Below are positions 21,430-31,524 of a DNA stretch of 64,000 nt, piece by piece. A program made the translations under genes and the position numbers. Position 1 is the stretch's first letter. Each line of letters opens with the position of its first letter. The notes beneath the pieces were generated by a model that was given only the letters and a program-made list of their open reading frames with translations, ran no database searches and was not told the origin of the DNA. This DNA is from Nitrospirota bacterium (GTDB lineage Bacteria; Nitrospirota; UBA9217): assembly GCA_963754875.1 (NCBI GenBank), contig CAVWHO010000021.1, positions 64,001-128,000 on the forward strand. Direction: 5' to 3'.

Positions 21430-21762
21430 TCAAAAATCCGGAAAAAGTTTAAGCGACAGCGTCTTCCCGTGCCCTATCTCAGCTGTTGCCGCCAGGATAC
21501 CTCCTTCGATATAATCAAGCTTGAAATTCTGATGTCCTTTTTTGACAACGCTCTTAGCATCCGCCGGGCAGCCCGCTTCGCAGCCCGCAATGCCTTTGAC
21601 CATGCGCGGCAACAGTCCCCGCACATCCAGACCGTTCAATTTTTGTCCTTTTGACGCGAGGAACTGCTCAATCTGCCTAACCAGGGAATCGAGGTCAAGG
21701 CGAAAAGGGTTATCGATACCAATCGATATCGATTCTTTGTCTATGCGTACATCAAGTTCCAT
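21430..21762 (-). CDS. Small hypothetical protein with CxxGCP motif
   Basis: 110 aa, AAGGAGG SD, GCEAGCPADA. Confidence 0.75.
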   Translation of the reverse strand: MELDVRIDKESISIGIDNPFRLDLDSLVRQIEQFLASKGQKLNGLDVRGLLPRMVKGIAGCEAGCPADAKSVVKKGHQNFKLDYIEGGILAATAEIGHGKTLSLKLFPDF

Positions 21763-22027
21763 TCTTAGCTATTCCTCCTTCACAGACGCCGATTTTAGCT
21801 GATTTGATAATCGGAGAAAAAAAAATTCGACGTAGTCGTTCCCTCTCGCGTGCCGATGGTGCCCTGCTCATTCCCGATGGTGTTTATATTCGTGCAGCAT
21901 CGGCTATGCTTTCATAAGCGTGAGTGGGATTTGCATTTCACCCAACCTTGTCGGCTAGCTCTTTTCATCGGCAGGCATCTGGCACGAACAGGCCAACACA
22001 ACGTATATTACAAAGCCGAACAAAAAA

Positions 22028-22783
22028 TTATAAAGGCTTGATGCCCCTTGTAATCTCGTCTTTGATATACTGCCGGATCACTCCCTGGGCTTGAGGTGTT
22101 ATCCGCGTAAACTGGAGACCCATGCCGGGTTCCTTGAACGGCCCTTCCCCGAACGTGTGGCTGTAAAGCACTAAGGCCTCGGCAGAAACGCTGTTGTCGC
22201 TGATGAGCATTTGGATATGAATCAAAGCTTTTTTCGGATAGGGCTTGAGCGTCCGGATATAGAGCCCCTTCTCGGAAATGACCGATACGCACTCCCCCTC
22301 CGCGCAATCGAGGGGCACATTGTTCACGGTAACGGCCAGGCGTGTAACGACTCGCATGGCGCTCCGTGGCGTGTTTTCTATGGCGGATTGCACCGTACGA
22401 TAAACCTCCTCGGCCTGGATAGGTTTCCGAATACAGGCAACGCAGCCATGTTGCCTGCATTCCAGTTCCACTGCCGGTGTGAGGTTGTTGGTTGCGGCGA
22501 TCACCGGCACGTCGGCAGTGCGCTCGTCCTCATTTAGCCTGTGGGCAAATTCAAGGCCGGTCATCCCGGGGAGGTTCAATTCAGTGATTACGAGCGCCGG
22601 AAGCGCCACAGATGTCATCTCAAGCGCCTCTTCAGCAGTTTTTGAAGTACAGATATTGTATTCAAGCCGCTGAAGAAGCATAGCGGCATAAAAAAGATGA
22701 TTCGCGTCGCCATCAACAAGGAGGAGAAAGCGGCTGTGACGATTAGACGATTTCGTTGGAGCTGTACGAAGGTATTCTGTCAT
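22028..22783 (-). CDS. Receiver-PilZ protein, paralog D
   Basis: REC (VITELNLPGMTG, RKP) + PilZ (RSAMR, VISEKG, GMGLQF). Confidence 0.88.
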   Translation of the reverse strand: MTEYLRTAPTKSSNRHSRFLLLVDGDANHLFYAAMLLQRLEYNICTSKTAEEALEMTSVALPALVITELNLPGMTGLEFAHRLNEDERTADVPVIAATNNLTPAVELECRQHGCVACIRKPIQAEEVYRTVQSAIENTPRSAMRVVTRLAVTVNNVPLDCAEGECVSVISEKGLYIRTLKPYPKKALIHIQMLISDNSVSAEALVLYSHTFGEGPFKEPGMGLQFTRITPQAQGVIRQYIKDEITRGIKPL

Positions 22784-23206
22784 AGATGCCAATCTCCCAG
22801 AAAAAATGAACATCTTCTTGCTGCGCAACAGGTCGGCTGATGCCCAAACTGTCGATATTTACTCAATAAACGTACTATAAAACAATAGAAAAGGCAAGAA
22901 TATTAGCAAGCTTCCAACACTGTCAGTCCAATGCCGAAGCTCTACACATCATCCGAAGAGTTCTTTAAGCGAGAATCAATCCTGTTTCATTAACTCATGC
23001 CTTCGCCACAATAAACGGCAAGAAAATTCACCTGTGAGATTTGCGCTGAATACAAGTCAGACTGCAAATCTGAATTCAGAACCATGCTTCTTAGAAACAT
23101 ATCCCACTGTTACCCATAGTAACCTTGTGAAATGTGCAGAACTCGTCTTTTGCATGAGAAAATACGACAATTTTCACCACTCTCAAGGCAGAGTCACAAC
23201 AAACCC

Positions 23207-23235
23207 TTGACATTGACACCTTAATATCAGATAAT
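23207..23235 (+). promoter_or_regulatory. Sigma70-type promoter upstream of accA
   Basis: TTGACA-N17-GATAAT. Confidence 0.55.
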
Positions 23236-23325
23236 AACCACCATCTTACCAGAGCTTCATGCCTTTGCCGCGTCATTATGAGCGGCATATCTTTTTTTAC
23301 GTATCAATGGCACAGGGAGTGCGTT

Positions 23326-24285
23326 TTGCCGCAAGAATACCTGGAATTTGAAAAACCAATAGCCGAGTTGGAAAAAAAGATCGAGGAGTTGACGCTTTTT
23401 ACTTCCAACGGCGGCATCGACCTTGAAGAAGAGATATTAAAACTCCAGAAGAAATCCGATCAATTGCTCGCGGAGATATATTCCAAACTCTCGCCATGGC
23501 AGAAGGTCCAAATATCCCGCCATGCGAACCGACCTTACACGCTCGATTATATCGAAGCCATGCTGACTGATTTCGTCGAGATGCATGGTGATCGTGGTTT
23601 TGCCGACGACCCGGCCATTGTCAGCGGGATGGCCAAACTCGACGGCAAGCCCGTCGTGGTCATCGGCCACCAAAAAGGCAGGACAACGAAGGAGCGGGTG
23701 TTTCGCAACTTCGGCCAGCCGAATCCCGAAGGATACCGAAAAGCCCTGCGACTGATGCGGTTTGCAGAAAAGTTCAACCGGCCCCTTATTACCTTTATTG
23801 ATACCCAGGGCGCCTATCCCGGGATCGGCGCGGAAGAGCGTGGCCAAGGTGAATCGATTGCGCGTAACCTCTATAGTATGTCGATGCTCAGGGTGCCCAT
23901 CGTAACGGTGGTGATCGGCGAAGGCGGGAGTGGAGGCGCACTGGCCCTCGGTGTCGCAGACCGCGTCATGATGCTCGAGCATGCAACTTACTCCGTCATC
24001 TCCCCAGAAGGATGCGCGGCGATCCTCTGGAACAACGGAGCAAAAGCCAGCGAAGCCGCAGAGCTGCTCAAACTTACTGCACAGGACCTGTTTCAGATGA
24101 GGGTGATCGATGAGGTGGTAGAAGAACCGATCGGCGGTGCGCACCGCGATCCGCGACGGGCCGCGGAATTGTTGAAAGAAGCGATCACGAGGAACCTCGG
24201 CGAAGTGGGGAGCATGGAGCCGGACGGTCTGGTACAACTCCGCTATGAAAAATTCAGAAAGTTAGGAATGTTCGACCAGCTCTAG
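23326..24285 (+). CDS. accA: Acetyl-CoA carboxylase carboxyltransferase alpha subunit
   Basis: YLEFEKPI, FIDTQGAYPGIGAEERGQ, GEGGSGGAL, YSVISPEG; TTG start after GGAG. Confidence 0.97.
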   Translation: MPQEYLEFEKPIAELEKKIEELTLFTSNGGIDLEEEILKLQKKSDQLLAEIYSKLSPWQKVQISRHANRPYTLDYIEAMLTDFVEMHGDRGFADDPAIVSGMAKLDGKPVVVIGHQKGRTTKERVFRNFGQPNPEGYRKALRLMRFAEKFNRPLITFIDTQGAYPGIGAEERGQGESIARNLYSMSMLRVPIVTVVIGEGGSGGALALGVADRVMMLEHATYSVISPEGCAAILWNNGAKASEAAELLKLTAQDLFQMRVIDEVVEEPIGGAHRDPRRAAELLKEAITRNLGEVGSMEPDGLVQLRYEKFRKLGMFDQL

Positions 24286-24290
24286 CTATA

Positions 24291-24644
24291 TTACTCAATG
24301 TCTTTCTTCAAGCGTTGAACGGTAGTCCTTAACCCCGCGATTGCATCTTGAACGTTCGCGAAGTTTGATAAAAAAAGCAGTAGGCAATAATCTCCCGCTA
24401 CCGGTACAATCAGCTCATTCCCCTCTTCAAGCGAAAAGAGCACGGCATTCACAGCCCCCAAGCCGAGGCGCGCGGCGATCTCCCGGATATGGTCCAGATG
24501 GATCTCTTTCCATGCGCCAAGCAACTTCAAATCACCGCCATAATCTCCAGACTGAGAGATCATTTCTCCCTCGCCGTCCAGAAAAACGACGGCCCGAGAG
24601 CCCGGTACCGATGCGATTAGTTCATCCAAAATCTGCTGGATCAA
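24291..24644 (-). CDS. Second roadblock/LC7-like protein
   Basis: ILDELIASVPGSRAVVFLDGEGEMI; TTG start after GGAGG. Confidence 0.7.
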   Translation of the reverse strand: MIQQILDELIASVPGSRAVVFLDGEGEMISQSGDYGGDLKLLGAWKEIHLDHIREIAARLGLGAVNAVLFSLEEGNELIVPVAGDYCLLLFLSNFANVQDAIAGLRTTVQRLKKDIE

Positions 24645-24845
24645 CCGTACCCTCCGAACTGATGGATTCCGTTTGTCCTGAAAAAAGCGCTTGCACCGAC
24701 AAACACAGATTTGCACACGTTCCTAAAAGATCACAAGAGGAAGATAAACCGCTCTTTAGCGATAAAACTTTGCTTTTCAGTTTTAAACCGTGTTCCTCCA
24801 ATAGTGCAACTCCACTCACAAGGTTTGTTCGCAGTTCCCGCATCA

Positions 24846-25548
24846 TCAACTGAAGATGACGAAAAAGAGGAATGTGATGCCGGTACCCAGCAGGGCTCCC
24901 GCTACGACCTCACGAGGCCGATGGATGCCAAAGCGACCACCTGCTCCAGCTGACCATGAACGCAAGCAGGAAGGTCAGGATAATGACAGCAAGAGAATCA
25001 GTAAGAAAAAAAGTGGCCGACCAGATGGAAAACGATACTGCGGCATGGCCGCTCGGCATACCTCCCCTGAGCGGTTCTCCCTTCCCGACAAAGGCTTTTA
25101 TGATGATCACGAGAATGACCACAACGACAAGGGACACGAAAGATACGACGTCGTGCGGTGCTTTCCGGGGATACCAATGGCCATCCATGATGGTGTTCTT
25201 GAGCGCCGGGTACAGGATCAGATATCCCAGCGTAAGGGCGCCGATCGATGCGATGAGCACGACACCGGCGGCGATGTCCTTCGCAATTTTCGCCAGAGGA
25301 TGATACTCCACGGATATCATATCTACCGTCGTCTCGATTGCAGTATTCAGCATTTCCATGGTGAGCACAAGCACAATGGCCATGCAGAGCAGAATAAACT
25401 CGGTCCGGGAAATGTTCAGGACCAGGCTGAGGATAAGTGCAGCCAACGCCGCATACAGATGATAGCGCATATGCCGCTGGGTCTTGACTGAGTAGATGAT
25501 CCCCTCGATTGCAAGGTTTGCGCTCTCTATCCATGTTGTGGGTTTCAT
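24846..25548 (-). CDS. dgkA: Diacylglycerol kinase fused to PAP2 domain, frameshifted near 24930
   Basis: EMLNTAIE..VD, AKDIAAG; PSGH; C-terminus GIHRPREVVAGALLG..* continues in another frame after one extra base. Confidence 0.85.
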
Positions 25549-25982
25549 GAAGCCGGCCTTTTCAGGAGCATTTGTTCTTTGCGACGCATCCTGCGAGCTT
25601 CGGCAGGACCTCGTTCATGGTCATAGCCGAGCAGATGGAGCAGCCCGTGCACGAGCAGCAGATCAATCTCACGGGTGAGCGAATGACCTGCGGTATGCGC
25701 TTGTTTCTCCGCCACGGGGACAGAAATGACGATGTCGCCGAGGAGGTCCGGCCGCACATCTGCAAAAGGCCCTTCCCGCATGCAGAAGGAAAGCACATCT
25801 GTGGTCCCGTTTTTGCCGCGGTACTGCCTATTGAGGGCGCGCATGATCCGGTCTCCCGCAAACAAGACGCTCACCTCGGCATCAGGATGCCCGAGTTTCC
25901 TCAACAGGGTCGAGAGTTTCTTCTTTATTCCTGCCAGTGCCAGTTTTCTTTTCTTCTGAGTGTTTTTTATCCTGATGTTCAC
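25545..25982 (-). CDS. ybeY: rRNA maturation endoribonuclease
   Basis: TDVLSF, LGDIVIS, HGLLHLLGYDH; probable GTG start overlapping upstream gene. Confidence 0.93.
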   Translation of the reverse strand: MNIRIKNTQKKRKLALAGIKKKLSTLLRKLGHPDAEVSVLFAGDRIMRALNRQYRGKNGTTDVLSFCMREGPFADVRPDLLGDIVISVPVAEKQAHTAGHSLTREIDLLLVHGLLHLLGYDHERGPAEARRMRRKEQMLLKRPAS

Positions 25983-27675
25983 TGCGTTTTTTTTCTCCGG
26001 GGAACTCGGTGCCGGGATAATCGATGCGGTGGTGGAAGATGCCACTGAGGATGAGATTGAAGCTTCGGGAGATGTCCCGCAGGTCTTTCAGTGTGAGGTC
26101 GCACATACTCAGCTGGTCGTCGAGGAAAATACGGGTAATGACACTGCTCGTGAGCGCCTGGATGCGCTGCGGCGTCGGATCGTCCAACGTCCTTGACGCG
26201 GCCTCTACGGAGTCGGCGAGCATCACGATTGCGGCGACCTTTGTCCGAGGCCGCGGCCCGGGGTATCGATAATCTTCTTCGGCAATGGCAACGAAAGGCT
26301 GCAGTTCTTTTGCTTTCTGATAAAAATAGGAGATCAGTGAGGTGCCATGGTGCTGCTGGATGATTTCGATCACTACAGAAGGAAGTTTGTGTTCGCGGGC
26401 CACATCCACGCCTTCCTTGACGTGTGACGCGATAATGAGGCTGCTCATCGAGGGCATAAGTCGGTCATGCTTGTTCTCAGCGGCACGCTGGTTCTCGATG
26501 AAGTAACCGGGTTTGTGGATTTTTCCGACGTCGTGATAATATGCACCGACGCGCGCCAGAATAGGGTTTTCGCCGATGGTTTCCGCAGCCGCTTCGGAAA
26601 GATTGCCGATGAGGATGCTGTGATGATAAGTCCCGGGGCTCTTGTAAACAAGTTCTTTGAGCAGCGGCTGGTTGGGATCCAGCAGTTCCAACAGTTTGAT
26701 ATCCGTGGCGATATCAAAGACCGTTTCGAAGAACGGCAGCGTCACCGAGACGATCATGGTCACCCCGACAGCGCCGAGAAAACCGGCTGCCAAGTCATAC
26801 CACCCGCGCGTCAGCAGTTCCCCCTGATAGAAATCGATGCCGCTGATGACCAGGAGGTTGACAAGCATAGTAAGAGCGCCGGCCTTCAGTACGGCAGTCC
26901 TTTTCTTGCATTGGATCACACTGAGTGCGGCGACGATGCTGCCTAAAAAAAAGTAGATCGGGATAAAAGGATCTCCTTGAAAAGAAATGCCGAGCAGGAC
27001 GCTTACGACGAAGGAGAAACCCAGAGCAAGATGAAAATCGAGGAGCAGGCAGACAAGCATGGCGCCCAAAGCTACGGGAAGCGCAAATCCGATCGTCATG
27101 ATATCCAGCTGTAGTTTGTCTGCAATCAAAGAAATAAACTGTTTCGCAACCTGGGATACGGAGACCGTAAGGAACAAGAGGAGGGCCAGCAGCAGGATTT
27201 TCCTCGTATCTTCGAGGAGAGCAGGGCGGTATCGTCGTATATCGCGGTAGAACAGGTAGAAAATGATCAGGACCAGGGCCGCCAGACCGACATAGGCCTG
27301 AAGGCGGTTGCCGATCCCTTCGCGGCGACCGATTTCCGCTAATATCCGGGCCTCGCGCTCAGTCGCCCGACTGCCCGATTCGATAATCGGCTCTCCTTTA
27401 TCCACGTTGAACGAGATTATGGCCTTGTCCGGACCGGGATATTCTATCGAAAGCGCATAGGGGGCTATGATCGTCCGTGTTGCAAGGTCACCCTTTTCAA
27501 GGAGCGGGATCCGCGGCAGCAGCACGAATGCCAGAAGGGCCGAAGTGATGAAGGCGATGCAGATGTTGAGAAGTGTGGGGACCGGCGAGGCCACTGCAGG
27601 CCGTTCTTCGCGGTCCGCGTCCGGTGCCTGGTTCTTCGGGAGAAGCTTTATGATTGTGTCATTTTTGCGGTTCAT
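25882..27675 (-). CDS. 7TM-HD (HDIG) phosphohydrolase, PgpH-like
   Basis: Multiple TM helices, PGTYHHS, YHDVGK, HHGT, YRYPGP.P, MLADSVEAA. Confidence 0.9.
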   Translation of the reverse strand: MNRKNDTIIKLLPKNQAPDADREERPAVASPVPTLLNICIAFITSALLAFVLLPRIPLLEKGDLATRTIIAPYALSIEYPGPDKAIISFNVDKGEPIIESGSRATEREARILAEIGRREGIGNRLQAYVGLAALVLIIFYLFYRDIRRYRPALLEDTRKILLLALLLFLTVSVSQVAKQFISLIADKLQLDIMTIGFALPVALGAMLVCLLLDFHLALGFSFVVSVLLGISFQGDPFIPIYFFLGSIVAALSVIQCKKRTAVLKAGALTMLVNLLVISGIDFYQGELLTRGWYDLAAGFLGAVGVTMIVSVTLPFFETVFDIATDIKLLELLDPNQPLLKELVYKSPGTYHHSILIGNLSEAAAETIGENPILARVGAYYHDVGKIHKPGYFIENQRAAENKHDRLMPSMSSLIIASHVKEGVDVAREHKLPSVVIEIIQQHHGTSLISYFYQKAKELQPFVAIAEEDYRYPGPRPRTKVAAIVMLADSVEAASRTLDDPTPQRIQALTSSVITRIFLDDQLSMCDLTLKDLRDISRSFNLILSGIFHHRIDYPGTEFPGEKKRSEHQDKKHSEEKKTGTGRNKEETLDPVEETRAS

Positions 27676-28633
27676 TCGACGCCTCGTGCCGCTCATAGGC
27701 TTTAATGATCTGCTGGACCAGCTTATGGCGAACGACATCACGGTTCGTAAAATAGACGAACCCGATCCCCTCGATGCCTTCGAGAATTTTCTGAACCTCG
27801 ACGAGACCGGAACCTTTGCCGCTGGGAAGGTCGATCTGGGTTATGTCGCCGGTGATGACTGTTTTTGAATTAAACCCGAGTCTGGTAAGGAACATTTTCA
27901 TCTGCTCGGAAGTGGTATTCTGCGCTTCATCGAGGATAATGAACGAGTCGTTCAGCGTTCTGCCGCGCATGAACGCCAGCGGTGCGATCTCAATATCGCC
28001 GCGTTCAACCAGTTTGTTTGCTTTTTCCGTCTCGATCATATCATAGAGGGCGTCGTAGAGCGGCCGGAGATAAGGATTGATCTTTTCGTAGAGGTCGCCG
28101 GGCAGAAAACCGAGCTTCTCCCCTGCCTCGACGGCCGGACGCACCAAAATGATTCTGCTGACCTCGCGATGCAGGAGGGCCGAGACCGCCGTGGCCATGG
28201 CAAGGTACGTCTTTCCCGTGCCAGCAGGACCGATACCGAAGACGACATCGTACTGATTGATCGCCTCGACATACTTACGCTGGGTCTCGTTCTTCGGCGA
28301 TACGGCCCGTTTTCTGCTCGAGACCGGAATTGTTTTTTGAAAAATGTCCTTCAACGCTGATGAGGGGTCGGAAGAAAATGCGTGAATGGCGGTGTTCACA
28401 TCGTCTTTCTGGGTGATGATCCCTTGGCTGAGCATGTCGGAAAGCTGTCTAATGAGCCGTTCTACATTCGCCACCGCACGTTGATCACCCTCGATTTGGA
28501 TCCTGTTACCCCGCGCATTCAGAATCACACCGTAGGTGTTCTCGATCAACCTGAGGTTCGTGTCCTTGTCTCCGTAAAGACTTGGCAGCGAATGTTCATT
28601 CTCTATGATAAGGTTTACTGCGGTGGTTTTCAT
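27659..28633 (-). CDS. phoH: PhoH-family ATPase
   Basis: GPAGTGKT, RPAVEAGE, APLAFMRGRT, DEAQN. Confidence 0.95.
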   Translation of the reverse strand: MKTTAVNLIIENEHSLPSLYGDKDTNLRLIENTYGVILNARGNRIQIEGDQRAVANVERLIRQLSDMLSQGIITQKDDVNTAIHAFSSDPSSALKDIFQKTIPVSSRKRAVSPKNETQRKYVEAINQYDVVFGIGPAGTGKTYLAMATAVSALLHREVSRIILVRPAVEAGEKLGFLPGDLYEKINPYLRPLYDALYDMIETEKANKLVERGDIEIAPLAFMRGRTLNDSFIILDEAQNTTSEQMKMFLTRLGFNSKTVITGDITQIDLPSGKGSGLVEVQKILEGIEGIGFVYFTNRDVVRHKLVQQIIKAYERHEASNEPQK

Positions 28634-28682
28634 CCCGTGAATACGGCCAGTACGCCAGAGGCCGTATACTTGATAATGCAAT

Positions 28683-28711
28683 ATGGTAGCATGTCACCCC
28701 TGCAATGTCAA
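28683..28711 (-). promoter_or_regulatory. Sigma70-type promoter for phoH operon
   Basis: TTGACA-N17-TACCAT with TGn extension. Confidence 0.6.
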
Positions 28712-28718
28712 TTTTCTT

Positions 28719-29273
28719 TTAATAGTCAATCCCCTTCTGGGCGGGGATGCCACGATCATAGGGATGTTTGACATTGCGCATTTCCGTCACCAGGTCGGCT
28801 GCTTCGATGACCTCGGGACGAGCATTTCTGCCGGTCAGGACTACGTGCAGCATCGATGGTTTTTGTGCGAGCAGATCGAGGACGTCGTTGACATCGATGA
28901 GACCGAGAGCCACGGCGGTATTGATCTCATCGAGCACGACAATATCCCGGGACCCCGACAGTATCCGCTGGCGCGCGAGGGTCATGGCTTCAGCCGCCGA
29001 CCGTTTGTGATCTGACAGGGGTTTTGCATCACCACAGCATTGGACAAACCCGCTCCCCAGCGAAATGAACTCAAGTTCAGGAGCCAGTCGTTCCGAAGCC
29101 TTCGCCTCTCCGGTCGGGTTCGAACTCTTGATGAATTGGATCACCGAGACGGACATGTGATGGCCTGAAGCACGCAAAGCGATGCCCAGGGCTGCGCTTG
29201 TCTTCCCTTTCCCGTCTCCGGTAAATACGATGGTCAGGCCTTTGTTCAGGATGCACTCCCTTGCCGGTTTCAC
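28719..29273 (-). CDS. cobO: Cob(I)yrinic acid a,c-diamide adenosyltransferase
   Basis: TGDGKGKT, QFIK, VLDEI, LTGR, KHPY..G..A..GIDY. Confidence 0.93.
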   Translation of the reverse strand: MKPARECILNKGLTIVFTGDGKGKTSAALGIALRASGHHMSVSVIQFIKSSNPTGEAKASERLAPELEFISLGSGFVQCCGDAKPLSDHKRSAAEAMTLARQRILSGSRDIVVLDEINTAVALGLIDVNDVLDLLAQKPSMLHVVLTGRNARPEVIEAADLVTEMRNVKHPYDRGIPAQKGIDY

Positions 29274-29453
29274 GCAACTGCAGTGGGTTTAACGATGAAT
29301 CCTGCCGAGCAGTTTGCTCCCGTTTCATGTAAGAAACGCCTACAAACCGGCTTGCATCGAGGGATCATAACATGTTGCCTGGGAAAACTCAAGAGCATTG
29401 CTTTTCGCTTCCTGCGCTTTGCATTTTGACGTGACCGGTGTATAATGCCCCTC

Positions 29454-31455
29454 ATGCATCTGGGGAAAAACCTGTTCTTGTATCTATTCCTGACCCTGAC
29501 GGCTGTCTGCATGGGCGGCGCGATCGGCTTCATGATCTTCTCCGTTTGGGACCTGCCTGAAGTAAAGACCCTTGAAGAATACAGCCCGAATATCACATCC
29601 CGTGTCTACTCCGAATCCAACCAGCTGCTTGCCGAGTTTTACCTGCAGAACCGTACTCCTGTAACTCTCGATGACGTTCCCAATATGATGGTCAATGCGC
29701 TCATCGCTACCGAAGACACGCGGTTCTACCAGCATTTCGGGATCGATCTGCGTGGTGTCATCCGGGCCGTGTTTCGTAATATTCGGGCGCGGAAGATTCT
29801 GGAGGGCGGTAGTACGCTCACACAACAACTGGCCAAAGTCCTTTTCCTGACACCGGAGCGGAGCTATACACGAAAGCTCAAAGAGATGGCCCTTGCGCTC
29901 CGGATCGAACAGCGGTATACGAAACAGGAGATACTCGCACTTTATCTCAATCAGATCTATTTTGGAAGCGGCGCTTACGGCATCGAAGCGGCGGCGCAGA
30001 TCTACTTTGGAAAACCGGCAAAAGAATTGAACCTTGCCGAATGTGCCCTTTTGGCAGGACTTCCCCGATCACCGCGGTACTATTCGCCGTTTAAATCGCC
30101 GGCCAGTGCACTCAGCCGACGTGCGTATGTCTTGAACCGTATGGTCGCAATGGGAGTCATCAGCACCATGCAGGCGGAAGAGGCCAAGAAAGCCCCGTTG
30201 CCGGTCCAGGCATCCGTCAAGGCCGCGGGAAGGGCTCCGTATTTCGTTGAGTATGTACGGCAGAAGGTCGAGGAGCGTTTCGGATCGAGCATTCTTTATT
30301 CAGGCGGGCTGAATATCTACACCAGCATCAACGATGATCTACAGAATTACGCGGAGCAAGCCGTGCAATCCGGTCTCGCGAAGATTGAAAGTCAAAAAAG
30401 GAAACCGGGGCCATCCCGGCGGCTCCAGTCTGCTCTGCTTGCCATAGAGCCGGCAACAGGACGAATCCGCGCCATGGTCGGTGGCCGCGATTTCAGCCAG
30501 AGCCAGTTTAACCGCGCAGTGCAGGCCCTCAGACAGCCGGGTTCTGCCTTCAAACCAATCATCTACACTGCGGCATTAGAACACGGATACAGCGCCTCGG
30601 ATATGCTTGACGATTCGCCGTTGATAATCAAGGTGAACCGGAACAAAGACTGGTCTCCCGAAAACTTTACCCGCACCTACCAGGGACCGGTCACCCTGAG
30701 AAGAGTACTGGAACAATCGCTGAACGTACCCACGGTCCGGCTTGTCGACAAAATCGGGACTGATGAAATCATCCGATATGCCAGAAAGCTGGGGATCAGA
30801 AGTCCCCTCACCCACTATCTGCCGCTCGCCCTCGGCAGTTCCGGTGTTACCCTGGCCGAACTTACCTCGGCTTTTGCCGTCTTCGATAACCACGGAGTGA
30901 AATTAGGGCCGATATCGATCCTGTCGATTACCGACAATGCAGGACGGGTCCTCTACACGAATGACGCCGTGCCGGAACAAGTCATAAAACCTGAGACCGC
31001 ATACCTTATCACCTATCTTTTAAAAGGAGTGATTGAACATGGCACCGGGTGGAAGGCGCGGGAGCTCAACAGGCCCGCATCAGGAAAGACCGGAACCACG
31101 AACGATTATCGCGATGCCTGGTTCGTCGGTTATACACCGGATCTGGTTGCGGGCGTGTGGGTCGGATACGACGACCAGACGAGCATCGGGCACGAAGGAA
31201 ACCGGCGCGCGGGCCGCGCTTCCCATCTGGCTCGAATTTATGAAAAAGGCCCATTCCGAACGCAACGCTGAAGAATTCTCCGTACCGGACGGAATTATCT
31301 TCAAGCAGGTGGATCCCAAGAACGGCCTTTTGAGCACCGAGCGCTGCCGCAATTCCATTCGTGAAGCCTATCTGCCCGGCACGGAACCGCGCCAATTCTG
31401 CGATGAATCCGGAGGGGCGTCCGATGAAACCCCGATCCAAGATGAGGCCCCGTAA
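29454..31455 (+). CDS. Class A penicillin-binding protein (PBP1A family), frameshifted near 31190
   Basis: EDTRF..H.G, GGSTLTQQLAK, SAFK, SLN, KTG; tail ETGARAALPIW continues in another frame. Confidence 0.9.
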
Positions 31456-31468
31456 ACCCATATAAATA

Positions 31469-31497
31469 TTGACAATGCAATTATTGTTTGTTAATCT
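31469..31497 (+). promoter_or_regulatory. Sigma70-type promoter for GGDEF-lipoprotein pair
   Basis: TTGACA-N17-TAATCT with TGn extension. Confidence 0.6.
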
Positions 31498-31524
31498 TGA
31501 GTAGCTATTTTTCGGCTATCGAAA

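Noticed and set aside
29274..29444. Cobalamin riboswitch upstream of cobO
   Set aside because: No convincing AGGGAA or GCCACTG B12-box arrangement
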